Below are positions 8,046 to 17,502 of a stretch of 64,000 bases of DNA, piece after piece (positions within the stretch are counted from its first letter, which is position 1; every line of letters starts with the position of its first letter). The notes under the pieces were generated by a model. That model was given only the letters and a program-made list of their open reading frames with translations. It searched no databases and was not told where the DNA came from. Location of the stretch: contig CAVZPE010000019.1 in the NCBI GenBank assembly GCA_963776915.1, positions 7,994-71,993 of the forward strand, written 5' to 3'. The position numbers were made by a program, and so were the translations under genes. The DNA is from an uncultured Acidobacteriota bacterium (GTDB lineage: Bacteria > Acidobacteriota > Thermoanaerobaculia > UBA5066).

Positions 8046-10982
8046 GTGACCCTGCTTCGCCGCTTCGCGCCGCCTCGTCTTCCCGTCGCGCTCCTCGCCG
8101 TCCTTCCCGCGACCGCGCAGCCGTTCGCGCCCTCGCTCTTCTCGGAGCTGCGCTGGCGCATGATCGGCCCCTTCCGCGGCGGCCGCACCGTCGCCGCGTC
8201 CGGCATTCCCGGCAACACGAACGTCTTCTACATGGCGCCGAACAACGGGGGCGTCTGGAAGACGACGGACGCGGGGCGCACGTGGGTCCCGATCTTCGAC
8301 GCCCAGCCGACGGGCTCGATCGGCGCCCTCGCGGTGTCGTGGTCGCGCCCCGACCGCGTCTGGGTCGGGAGCGGCGAGGGCCTGCAGCGGCCCGACCTTT
8401 CCGTCGGCGACGGGATGTACCTCTCGGACGATGCGGGCCGGTCGTGGACGAAGATCGGGCTCGAGGACGCCCAGCAGATCGCGGCGATCGCCGCCGACCC
8501 GAAGGACGCGGACCGCGCGTTCGTCGCCGTCCTCGGACACCCCTACGGGCCGAACGCGACGCGCGGCATCTTCCGGACGAGGGACGCGGGGAAGACCTGG
8601 GAGAAGGTCCTCGACAAGGGCGCGGACACGGGCGGTGCCGCGGTCGCGCTCGACCCGACGAACCCGGACATCGTGTACGCGGCTCTCTGGTCGGCGCGGC
8701 AGGGCCCCTGGGAGAACGGGGAGTGGGAGGGGCCGGGGACCGGTCTCTACAAGTCGACGAACGGCGGGACGACGTGGCGCGCCATCGGCAAGGGCCTGCC
8801 CGGCTTCTCCGAGGGCGGCGGCCGCATCGGGTTCGGGATCGCGCCGTCGGACCCGAAGCGCATCTACGCGACGGTGGACGGGCGCCACGAGGAGAGATCG
8901 GAAGGCGGCATCTTCGTCTCGGACGACGCGGGCGAGACGTTCACGAAGGTCAACGGCGAGAAGCGCCTCTGGGGGCGGGGCTCGGACTTCGCGGAGATCA
9001 GGGTCCACCCGTGGTCGAAGGACACCGTGTGGGTGGCCAACACCTCGGCTTACCGGTCGAAGGACGGCGGGAAGACGTTCGAGCCCGTGCGCGGGGCGCC
9101 GGGCGGCGACGACTTCCACACGATCTGGTTCCACCCGGAGAACCCGAACGTGATCCTCCTCGCGGCCGACCAGGGCGCGATCGTCTCGGTGAACGGCGGC
9201 GCGACGTGGAGCAGCTGGTACAACCAGCCGACGGCGCAGCTCTACCACGTCTCCACGGACGACCGGTTCCCGTACTGGGTCTACGGCGGCCAGCAGGAGA
9301 GCGGCTCCGTCGGCATCGCGAGCCGCGGCGACGACGGCGCGATCACGTCCCGCGACTGGCATCCCGTCGCCGCCGAGGAGTACGGCTACGTCGCGCCCGA
9401 CCCGAAGGACCCCGACGTCGTGTACGGGGGCAAGCTCACGCGCTACCGCCACTCGACGAAGGAGGTCCAGGACGTCTCGCCCGCGCCCCTGCGCGGGAAG
9501 TACCGGTTCCTGAGGACGGAGCCGGTCGTCTTCTCTCCGGCCGACCCGCACCTCCTCTTCTACGCGGGGAACGTCGTCTTCCGGACGGCGGACGGCGGGC
9601 GCCACTGGGACGTGATCAGCCCGGACCTCTCGCGCGAGAGGCCCGCGGTGCCGGAGACGATCGGCGTGTTCCGGACGAAGGACCTCGCGACGATGAAGCG
9701 CCGCGGCGTCGTCTACACGCTCGCGCCGGCCTACCATGATGCCGCGGTGATCTGGGCCGGCACGGACGACGGCCTCGTCCACCGCACGGCCGACGGCGGA
9801 AAGACCTGGACCGACGTCACGCCGCCATCGCTCACGCCGTGGAGCAAGGTCTCGATGCTGGAGGCCTCGCCGCACGACGATCGGACCGCGTTCGCCGCGA
9901 TCAACCGCATCCGCCTCGACGACATGAAGCCGCACGTCCTGAAGACGCACGACGGCGGCAAGACGTGGACGGACATCTCGAGAGGCCTCCCGGACGACCC
10001 CGTCAACGCCGTCCGGGAGGATGCAGCTCGAAAAGGGCTTCTGTACGCCGCAACGGAGACCATGGTCTGCGTCTCGTTCGACGACGGGGCGCACTGGCAG
10101 CCGCTGCGCCTGAACATGCCCGCGACCTCCGTGCGCGACCTCGTCGTCAAGGGCGACGACCTCGTCGTCGGGACGCACGGGCGCTCGTTCTGGATCCTCG
10201 ACGACGTGACGCCGCTGCGCCAGATGACGGCCGCGGTCGCCGCGGGAGGAGCGCACCTCTTCGAGCCGCAGAAGGCGGTCCGCGTCCGCCGCAGCCGGTG
10301 GACGGACACGCCGCTCCCGCCGGAGGAGCCCGCCGGCGAGAACCCGCCCGACGGGGCGATCCTCGACTACCTCCTCGGCGAGACGCCCGCGAAGCCGGTC
10401 GTCCTCGAGATCCGGGATTCCGCGGGCGCGATCGTGCGTCGGTACGCGAGCGACGACCGGCCCGAGACGCCCGTCGATCCGCTCGTCGTGACCGCGAACT
10501 GGGCGCGCCCCCCGCGAACGCTGCCGGCCACGCCCGGCCTGCACCGCTTCGTGTGGGACCTCAGGGACGCGCCGCCGCCCGCCGGGTCGTACGAGTACCC
10601 GATCAACGCGAACCCCGGCCGCACGCCGAAGGAGCCCGAGGGGCCGCTCGTCCTCCCCGGCACCTACACGGTCTCGCTCACGGTCGACGGGCAGACGCTC
10701 ACGCGGCCGCTCACGGTCGCGATGGACCCGCGCGTGAAGGCGTCGGCCGCCGACCTCGCGGCGCAGCACGCCGCCGCCCGGCGCCTCGCGGCGGACCTCG
10801 CGCGCCTGGACGGGGCGCGGAAGAAGGGCGCCGACGCGGGGAAGGCCGACACCCTCGAGAGACGGCTGACGCGCCTCTACGGGATCGTCCAGGAGTCCGA
10901 CGACGCGCCGACGCCGCAGGCCGAGGAGGCGATCACCGCGGTCGAGAGAGAGCTCGCGAAGCTCGCGACCGGAAAGCACTGA
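8046..10982 (+). CDS. Secreted VPS10/sortilin-like BNR-repeat protein (glycosyl hydrolase-like)
   Basis: Signal peptide, LRWRMIGPFRGGR, many Asp-boxes, GGQQESG, THGRSFWILDD. Confidence 0.85.
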   Translation: MTLLRRFAPPRLPVALLAVLPATAQPFAPSLFSELRWRMIGPFRGGRTVAASGIPGNTNVFYMAPNNGGVWKTTDAGRTWVPIFDAQPTGSIGALAVSWSRPDRVWVGSGEGLQRPDLSVGDGMYLSDDAGRSWTKIGLEDAQQIAAIAADPKDADRAFVAVLGHPYGPNATRGIFRTRDAGKTWEKVLDKGADTGGAAVALDPTNPDIVYAALWSARQGPWENGEWEGPGTGLYKSTNGGTTWRAIGKGLPGFSEGGGRIGFGIAPSDPKRIYATVDGRHEERSEGGIFVSDDAGETFTKVNGEKRLWGRGSDFAEIRVHPWSKDTVWVANTSAYRSKDGGKTFEPVRGAPGGDDFHTIWFHPENPNVILLAADQGAIVSVNGGATWSSWYNQPTAQLYHVSTDDRFPYWVYGGQQESGSVGIASRGDDGAITSRDWHPVAAEEYGYVAPDPKDPDVVYGGKLTRYRHSTKEVQDVSPAPLRGKYRFLRTEPVVFSPADPHLLFYAGNVVFRTADGGRHWDVISPDLSRERPAVPETIGVFRTKDLATMKRRGVVYTLAPAYHDAAVIWAGTDDGLVHRTADGGKTWTDVTPPSLTPWSKVSMLEASPHDDRTAFAAINRIRLDDMKPHVLKTHDGGKTWTDISRGLPDDPVNAVREDAARKGLLYAATETMVCVSFDDGAHWQPLRLNMPATSVRDLVVKGDDLVVGTHGRSFWILDDVTPLRQMTAAVAAGGAHLFEPQKAVRVRRSRWTDTPLPPEEPAGENPPDGAILDYLLGETPAKPVVLEIRDSAGAIVRRYASDDRPETPVDPLVVTANWARPPRTLPATPGLHRFVWDLRDAPPPAGSYEYPINANPGRTPKEPEGPLVLPGTYTVSLTVDGQTLTRPLTVAMDPRVKASAADLAAQHAAARRLAADLARLDGARKKGADAGKADTLERRLTRLYGIVQESDDAPTPQAEEAITAVERELAKLATGKH

Positions 10983-11078
10983 CGAGAGAGGGGAGCGCGC
11001 TTCGCGCGCCGGTCCGCGAGGGGACAGCGCGCTGCGCGCGCCCGTCCTTCGAAGGCGTGGGAGGTGATGCCGAGCGAG

Positions 11079-11805
11079 TCAGAGCGGTGCGGTGAGGACG
11101 GCCCTCGCGATCTCGCGTCCGTCGGTGGCGCGCACCAGCGCCGCACGGCGTGCGGTGCCGTTTCCGTCCGTCCGCCCTTCCAGGAAATCCCCTTCGAAGG
11201 CTTCCGCTCTGAACTCGGCCTCGAGGTCGAACGGCGGCCGCGCGTCGGGCAATGCCTCGAGGAGCGCGCGGAAGATCGCGACGTTGTTCGCGTGTCCGTT
11301 GAGGTCGAGGTCGAAGCGTCCGATCCGGGTCTGCGGGCCGGCCGCGGCCGCCTCCGCCGGGGGCGGGGAGCGGATCGAAGAGGTCCGGGATCGTGCGCGG
11401 CGGCATGCCGGCCGCGATCGCCTCGATCCCGGGCGGCTGGCGGAGCGGCCGCTTGGAGGGGACCGCGACGAGGAGCCAGGCCGACGTCGCGACGGCGAGG
11501 GGCCGGCCGCCGGCGCCCGTCGCCCGGAACTCGCGGAGGGCGAAGACGCGGTGGACGCCGGACGGCCACGTCTCGACGGCGATCTCCTCGCGCCACGCCG
11601 GCAGGGCCGCGAGCCCGAGGTGGTGGCGCGAGAGGACCCACGTCCTGCCGTCCGCGAGGAGCGCGTCGGACCCCCATCCGAGCGCCGCCGCGTTCGTTCC
11701 GGCGACGTCCTGGAAGAGGTCGAGGAGCGCGGGGAGGCGCATCGTCCCGCCCGGGCCGATCTCGCTCGAGCGGACGCGAAACGTCTCGCGGTGGACCGCG
11801 CTCAT
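11079..11805 (-). CDS. Acyl-ACP thioesterase family (double hotdog fold), indel near 11350
   Basis: FRVRSSEI...LDLFQDVA, WVLSR, REFR; after the shift RFDLDLNGHANN; ATG overlaps the aroF TGA. Confidence 0.8.
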
Positions 11806-12942
11806 GCCTTCGCGGCGGACGGCGCGGGCGCCGCGTGCGCCTGCGCGAGCACGCGGCGCTTCTCGTACGCCGCGCGGGCGATCGCGACGTCCTCGAGGAA
11901 CCAGCCGAGCTCGGAGAGGAGGAGCGCCTGCGGCCCGTCCACGAGCGCCTTGGCCGGGTGCGGGTGGAAGTCCACGAGAACCATGTTCGCGCCCGCCGCC
12001 ACGCCCTGCGCCGTGACGTGCATGAGGTCCGGGATGCCGTCGGGCGCGCGGTCGCGGCTCCCGACGGAGTGCGACGGGTCGATGCAGACGGGCAGGCGCG
12101 TGAGGCGCTTGACGACGGGCACGTGCGCGAAGTCCACGAGGTTGCGGTGCGGGTCGCCGAGGTTCGTCTTGACGCCCCGCAGGCCGAAGACGATCTGCGA
12201 GTTGCCCTCGGAGGCGAGGTACTCGGCGGCGTTGAGCGATTCGTTGAGCGTGATCCCGAAGCCGCGCTTGACGAGGACGGGGAACTCCGGGTTGGCGGCC
12301 GACCGTCTTCAGGAGCTCGAAGTTCTGGATGTTGCGGGTGCCGATCTGGAGCATGACGCCCGTGGGCCGGCCCGTCTTCTCGAGGCACTCGGCGATCTCG
12401 TCGATGTGGCTCTCGTGCGTGATCTCCATCGCGATGACGCGGATGCCGTGCTTGCCCGCCTTCTCGAAGACCCACGGCAGACAGCCCTTCCCGTGGCCCT
12501 GGAACGCGTACGGGTTCGTGCGCGGCTTGTAGGCGCCCATCCGCGTCGTGACCTGCCCGAAGGAGGCCAGGGCCGCGAACATCGCGTCCGCGTTCTCCGG
12601 CGTGTCGACCGCGCAGAGGCCGGCGAAGACGTGCAGGTTGTCCTGCGAGAACTCGACGCCGTTGTACGTGAAGCCGCTCGCCCGCCGGTCGTCCTTGTGG
12701 CGCCCGATGACGCGGTACTCCTCGGAGACGCGGACGACGCGCTCGACGCCGGGCAGGACCGCGACGTCCTCGAGGACGAGGCGGTGCGTGTCGCCGATGA
12801 GGTAGACCTCGGTGACGGTCTTCTCGGCGCCGCGGACCCTGTGGACGCGCACCTCGATGCCGGGCAGGCGCGCGAGGGCGTCGAGGAGCTCCTTCTCGGC
12901 GGCCGCGTTCTTCGCGGTCGCCTCGTCGACGAGGACGATCAC
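11802..12942 (-). CDS. aroF: DAHP synthase type I-beta with N-terminal regulatory domain, indel near 12300
   Basis: AGLCAVD, YKPRTNPYAFQG, QIGTRNIQNF, VLVKRG and DPSHS motifs. Confidence 0.85.
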
Positions 12943-14111
12943 CGGTCCCCCTCCGGGAGGCGGTCGACCCGCCCCCTCTTCGTCGTGCGCGCGGGGTACG
13001 AGCCGAGGACCCTGAGGTACGGGCACTCGCCCGCGAGCGCCGCGATCGCGCGCGAGGCGGCGTCCTCGCCGGCGGCGCCCTCGAAGTCGACGTAGAAGAG
13101 GTACTCCCACGGGTGGCGCGGCACCGGCCGCGATTCCAGCTTCGTGAGGTTCAATCCGTGGGCGTCGAGGACGTTCAGGCAGTGCGCGAGCGCGCCGTGC
13201 CGGTGCGGCGTCGAGAAGACGAGCGAGGTCTTCGCGGGAATACGCGGGTCGAGCGCGATCGGGATCGCCGACACGACGACGAACCGCGTCCAGTTCTCCT
13301 CCTGGTCCGCGAGGTCGCGCGCGAGGACCGTCAGGCCGTGGAGCGCGCCCGCTTCCTCGGAGGCGATCGCGGCGAGCGCCGGGTCGCCGGACTCCTTCAC
13401 GAAGCGGGCGGCTTCCGCCGTGTCCACGTAGGGCACGGCCGCCGCCCGCGGGAGCTGCGCCAGGAAGCGCCCGCACTGGGCGAGCGCCTGCGGGTGCGAG
13501 GCGATGCGCGTGATCCCCTCGAGCGGGGCGCCCGCGAGCGCGAGGAGGCAGTGGCGCACCTCGAGGATCTCCTCCCCGACGATCTTCAGGTCCGTGTGCC
13601 GGAGGAGGTCGTACGTCTCGTTGATCGAGCCCGCGGTCGTGTTCTCGATCGGCAGGAACGCGTAGCCCGCGTCGCCGCGCTCGGCCTCGGCGAGCGCGGA
13701 GGCGAAGGTCGGGAAGCCGGCGAAGTCCGACGCGGACGAGCCGAAGTACTTGCGCGCCGCGATGTGGCTGTACGCGCCCTCGGCGCCCTGGAAGGCGACC
13801 CGGTGCGCGTTCCCGAGCGAGCGCTCGGCCGCGCGGCGGTCGAGGAGGGCCTCCTCCTGCGCCTTGACGGACATCGCGATGACCTCGCGGAAGATCTCCG
13901 TCGCCCGGAAGGCGTCGAGGCCGAGCTCGCGGGCCTGGGCCTCGACCTTCGCGAGGAGCGCGGCCTCGCGCGCGGGGTCGCGCAGGAACGGGACGCCCTG
14001 TCTCTTGAGCCGCCCGACCTCCGCGACGTGCTTCAGCCGCTCGGCGAGCGTCTCGAGCAGCCGCCGGTCCGTCTCGTCGATTCGCCGTCTCAGGTCCTCG
14101 AGCGTGTCCAT
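12939..14111 (-). CDS. pheA: Chorismate mutase / prephenate dehydratase (P-protein)
   Basis: LRRRIDETD chorismate mutase domain; FQGAEGAYS, PIENTTAG, SHPQALAQC, NWTRF and NLTKLESRP (ACT). Confidence 0.93.
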   Translation of the reverse strand: MDTLEDLRRRIDETDRRLLETLAERLKHVAEVGRLKRQGVPFLRDPAREAALLAKVEAQARELGLDAFRATEIFREVIAMSVKAQEEALLDRRAAERSLGNAHRVAFQGAEGAYSHIAARKYFGSSASDFAGFPTFASALAEAERGDAGYAFLPIENTTAGSINETYDLLRHTDLKIVGEEILEVRHCLLALAGAPLEGITRIASHPQALAQCGRFLAQLPRAAAVPYVDTAEAARFVKESGDPALAAIASEEAGALHGLTVLARDLADQEENWTRFVVVSAIPIALDPRIPAKTSLVFSTPHRHGALAHCLNVLDAHGLNLTKLESRPVPRHPWEYLFYVDFEGAAGEDAASRAIAALAGECPYLRVLGSYPARTTKRGRVDRLPEGDR

Positions 14112-14162
14112 GGGGTAACCGGCGATGTTACGGGAGACGCGCGAACTTCGCCCGGAACGAAG

Positions 14163-14184
14163 CGGGGCGGCCGGAGCCGCCCCG
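14163..14184 (-). terminator. Terminator-like hairpin in the pheA 5' region
   Basis: Perfect 9-bp stem CGGGGCGGC/GCCGCCCCG followed by CTTCGTT on the minus strand. Confidence 0.45.
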
Positions 14185-14381
14185 GCTATTCCGCTCACAG
14201 GCGCCACGGGGAGGGAGAAGGCCTCGCCGAGGATCCTCAACGAGGCGTAACGCAAGACGTTCGCGTATCTCCTCCGCACCGGACTCCTCGCCATCTAGCC
14301 GTCCGTTCCCTCGACGATCGCCGGGGCCGCCGCCTCGGGAGGCGGCCCCGATCTGCTATCCTCCGCGGTCCGATCGAGTGC

Positions 14382-14458
14382 GGTGGGAGTAGCTCAGTCG
14401 GTAGAGCGTCGGATTGTGGTTCCGAATGTCGCGGGTTCGACCCCCGTCTTCCACCCCA
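14382..14458 (+). tRNA. tRNA-His(GTG)
   Basis: Acceptor stem GTGGGAG/CTTCCAC with G-1, anticodon loop TTGTGGT, GTTCGA T-loop, encoded CCA. Confidence 0.95.
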
Positions 14459-14477
14459 GTACTTCTCGCCTCGGAAT

Positions 14478-14554
14478 GCGCCCGTAGCTCAGCTGGATAG
14501 AGCGTCAGACTCCGGATCTGAAGGCCAGGCGTTCGAATCGCCTCGGGCGCACCA
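14478..14554 (+). tRNA. tRNA-Arg(CCG)
   Basis: GCGCCCG acceptor stem, TCAGA-CTCCGGA-TCTGA anticodon arm, GTTCGAATC, CCA end. Confidence 0.95.
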
Positions 14555-14557
14555 CCT
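14508..14557 (+). repeat. att-like 50-bp direct repeat, copy 1 (tRNA-Arg anticodon loop to 3' end)
   Basis: Identical to 16365-16414. Confidence 0.95.
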
Positions 14558-14673
14558 AACTCTAGAGGCGTCCCGGAACGTCCGCCCCTCTCTGGGCCTC
14601 GAGTGCGCCGATGCGCTCCCGGGCATGGGCGATAATCAGTCTCAATTCATCCCAGAGTTCCGAAGGAGGCGTC

Positions 14674-16190
14674 ATGAAGAGCACTCGCACGTATGTCGTG
14701 TTCGCACTGCTCGGGATTTCGACGGCGGCAGCGGCGGCGATCATTCCGAATTGGCCTGCGCCGAAGACATGGACGCCGGCCTCGGGCGGGCGGACGGCGC
14801 TGGCCGGGGGCTTTCCACCCCTTCCGTTCATTGCACTCACCCCTTGTCGCCTGGTGGACACGCGGGGCAACGCGCCGCTGACGGGCGGCTTCCTCCCCCC
14901 CGCCACCGTGCGCAGCTACACCCTGACGGGAATCTGCAACCTCCCCGCGGGTGCCCAGGCTGTCTCGCTGAACGCCACGGTCGTCCACCCGACCGGGCCC
15001 GGGTTCCTGACGCTGTACCCGGAGGGAGGGACATTTCCGCCCGTCTCGACCCTCAACTACCTCGGGGGCGACGTCATCGTGAACGCCGCCGTCGTTCCAT
15101 TGAGCGTGTCGGGCGGCATCTCGATGGCGCTCGGCGTGTCGGGCGGCGACGTGATTCTCGACATCAACGGTTTCTACGGGCCGACGCCCGCTGATCAGAC
15201 CCAGACCTTCAAGCTCAACAGCAACTCGATTAACCCGATCATGCTTCTGTCGAACGCCTCCCCCGACTGCGGTATCAACTGCGGTTTGGCCGTGTTAGTA
15301 AGCAGTGGCAGTGCGATCTATGGCGGCTCGTCCGGGCCTTCGGCGAGTTTCTTCGACTCGGGCGTTTATGGGGTCTCCGATTACGGCCGCGGCGTGCTTG
15401 GCATTACCGAGTCTGCGGCGAACGACACGGAAGGTGTCTACGGAGAGGACTACATCGGAGCGGGGTATCACACGGGAATTCTCAGCGCCGGCGTCCGTGG
15501 CGAGGGACAGACCGGAGTCGTAGGGCTTTCGAACATCACTGGAGGGGCCGGAGTCATCGGGCTCGCCTATGGCAGCACGGGCGTTGGGGTAGCCGGCGAG
15601 GCGGAATCTCCCGCGACCACGGGTGTGGAGGCATTCGGAAACCTCGTGGCGACCGGGGCGAAGCCCTTCGTAGAGCCCCATCCGACCGATCCGACATGAC
15701 GATCCGGTACGTGGCTCTCGAGGGGCCGGAGGCGGGGACGTACTTCCGTGGCACGAGCAGTACCGTCAACGGCGAGGCCGTCATCCCCGTCCCCGAGAGT
15801 TTCCGCATCGTGACGGCGGAGGAAGGAATGACCGTTCAGCTCACGACGGTCGGCGGGTTCGCCCAGATGACGGTCATGAGTCAGGATCTCGACCAGATCG
15901 TCGTCCGCTCCACGCGGGACGTCACGTTCCACTATCTCGTGAACGGGATCCGGCGCGCGTTCAAGGACTGGCAGGTCATCTCCGAGGGCATTGATTTCCG
16001 ACCCGCTTCCCCGGACCAGAAAATGCCGTCCTGGGTGACCGAGGAGGCGAAAAAGCGCCTCATCGCGAACGGGACGTACAACGCGGACGGGACGGTCAAC
16101 ATGACGACCGCCGAACGGCTGGGCTGGGCGCAGACGTGGAGGGAGCAGGCGGCGGCGACAACAGCGGCAAAGGCGGTCACTCACCACTAG
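14674..16190 (+). CDS. Secreted protein: TPCRLVDTR-type domain, GVYG-like repeats and tail-fibre-like C-terminal domain; split at 15696-15699
   Basis: AAGGAGG RBS; signal peptide; KPFVEPHPTDP in ORF1 continues as TIRYVALEGPEAGTYFRG in ORF2 across ACATGA. Confidence 0.7.
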
Positions 16191-16291
16191 GCGAAGGGGC
16201 TGTCCAGAGGCTCGGGGCAGCGCAGAAAGACGCCCCGAGATTGTCCGCCTTCTGTCCGTGTACCCCTGCCGAGAGGATCCGAAGGAAAGAG

Positions 16292-16318
16292 AAAGCGGGG
16301 GCTCTCAACCCCCGCTTT
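16292..16318. terminator. Bidirectional terminator-like hairpin
   Basis: AAAGCGGGGG-CTCTCAA-CCCCCGCTTT. Confidence 0.6.
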
Positions 16319-16364
16319 TCAACGCATTAGCCGCCTCGTTCGGCAGGCTTCGGCGACCGGGACG

Positions 16365-16414
16365 GACTCCGGATCTGAAGGCCAGGCGTTCGAATCGCCT
16401 CGGGCGCACCACCT
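16365..16414 (+). repeat. att-like 50-bp direct repeat, copy 2 (tRNA-Arg 3' fragment)
   Basis: GACTCCGGATCTGAAGG...CGGGCGCACCACCT, identical to 14508-14557. Confidence 0.95.
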
Positions 16415-16455
16415 GTTCGGACTGACGCCGGCGCCGTTGTCCTCGGCGCCGCCGC

Positions 16456-17349
16456 TCAGTCCTCCGCCAGCGCCCTTTCGGGGCCGTGGAAGACCTGCTT
16501 TCGATGCCAGGCGATGAACGTCGGGTCGGGTGACCAGACCGGATTCTGGGGCGGGCGCAGCCTGCAGCCATGCCAGGCTAGGAGTTCGGCGAACCCGTCA
16601 CTCCCGTGCAGATCCTGCGACAGAAGAACGCGAGCGTCGTCCGTCAGGGAGAACGCCCCACGATCAAAGAGCTTGTGATGCAGGGCGCAGAGCGCGAGGC
16701 CATTCTGCTCCTTGTCCGGCCCGCCCGCCTGATGCCACTTGATGTGAGCGGCGTCGAGGCCGAGCGAGGCGTTCCTCAGCCTGACGTCGAAGGCACAGAT
16801 CGCGCAGCGCCGTTCATAAGCAACCAGGATTCGCTCCCGAAATGCCGGATCACGGCGGCTTCCCGCGACCGGCGGCAAGTCGTCGAGCCCCGTAGCGCTC
16901 AGAAGTTCCTCGTGAAGCGACTCGGGGAAGTGAGCGTCGAGGAGGATGTTCGCGAGCCTCCGCACGAGCGCAGGGTTCCGCCTCAGGAGGCGGTCCACTT
17001 CCGGCGTGAATCCCCCGACGGCGTGTTCCCTGACGAGCTCGGACTTCCTCGGATCCGAGTGGCCGGACCTCGGCGCCATGGGGCCGTCGGCGTGGACCTC
17101 CCACAAGCCGTCGCTCTGCAACCACCAGAACGGGTACTCAGGGTGAACCGAGAGCCGTGGCGGGCCGAAGTCCACGAGGAGACTCGAAACCGGTCTTTCA
17201 AGCTCCGTGAACGGGATCAGCCGTTCGTTCTTTCGCACCACACGACCCAGGGCGTAGAGCAGGAGGAGGGGTTTGTGCGGCGCCCGTTCTCCTCCTCGTG
17301 CCCAGACGCCCAGAGACGCGAATCGCTCCTCGAGTTCGGCGGGGGTCAT
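16456..17349 (-). CDS. HNH restriction endonuclease, probably SBD-HNH (phosphorothioate-dependent type IV)
   Basis: N-terminal RAPHKPLLLL...YPFWWL; C-terminal CAIC...LDAAHI...NGLALCALHHKLFDRG. Confidence 0.75.
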   Translation of the reverse strand: MTPAELEERFASLGVWARGGERAPHKPLLLLYALGRVVRKNERLIPFTELERPVSSLLVDFGPPRLSVHPEYPFWWLQSDGLWEVHADGPMAPRSGHSDPRKSELVREHAVGGFTPEVDRLLRRNPALVRRLANILLDAHFPESLHEELLSATGLDDLPPVAGSRRDPAFRERILVAYERRCAICAFDVRLRNASLGLDAAHIKWHQAGGPDKEQNGLALCALHHKLFDRGAFSLTDDARVLLSQDLHGSDGFAELLAWHGCRLRPPQNPVWSPDPTFIAWHRKQVFHGPERALAED

Positions 17350-17502
17350 CTCCCGGGAACGATAGCGGATTGGCCCTCCAAGGCCCGGAGCGATGGCGCC
17401 GCGTCAGTGCCCGCGCCCCCCTTGCGGCGGCGGGATCGTGGGACTAGGGTTTCAACGGACGCGAGTCTGCTCGGCTCGGTCAGCGCCCGGAAGAGAGGCC
17501 AT

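Larger units (their letters stand above)
14558..16414. mobile_element. Small integrative-element remnant at tRNA-Arg(CCG), with no integrase
   Basis: Bounded by the 50-bp tRNA 3' duplication; cargo has more A/T-ending codons; TGTCC repeats near the right end. Confidence 0.65.

Noticed and set aside
789-10982. Specific sialidase or glycosidase activity for the BNR proteins
   Set aside because: Asp-boxes are structural; no catalytic signature could be assigned by eye.
11185-11210. Extra copy of the element core (CCTTCCAGGAAATC) in the thioesterase gene
   Set aside because: A 12/14 match using ordinary codons for EGDFLEG; likely coincidence.
14558-17349. Prophage
   Set aside because: No integrase, terminase, capsid or replication genes; only att-like ends and cargo.
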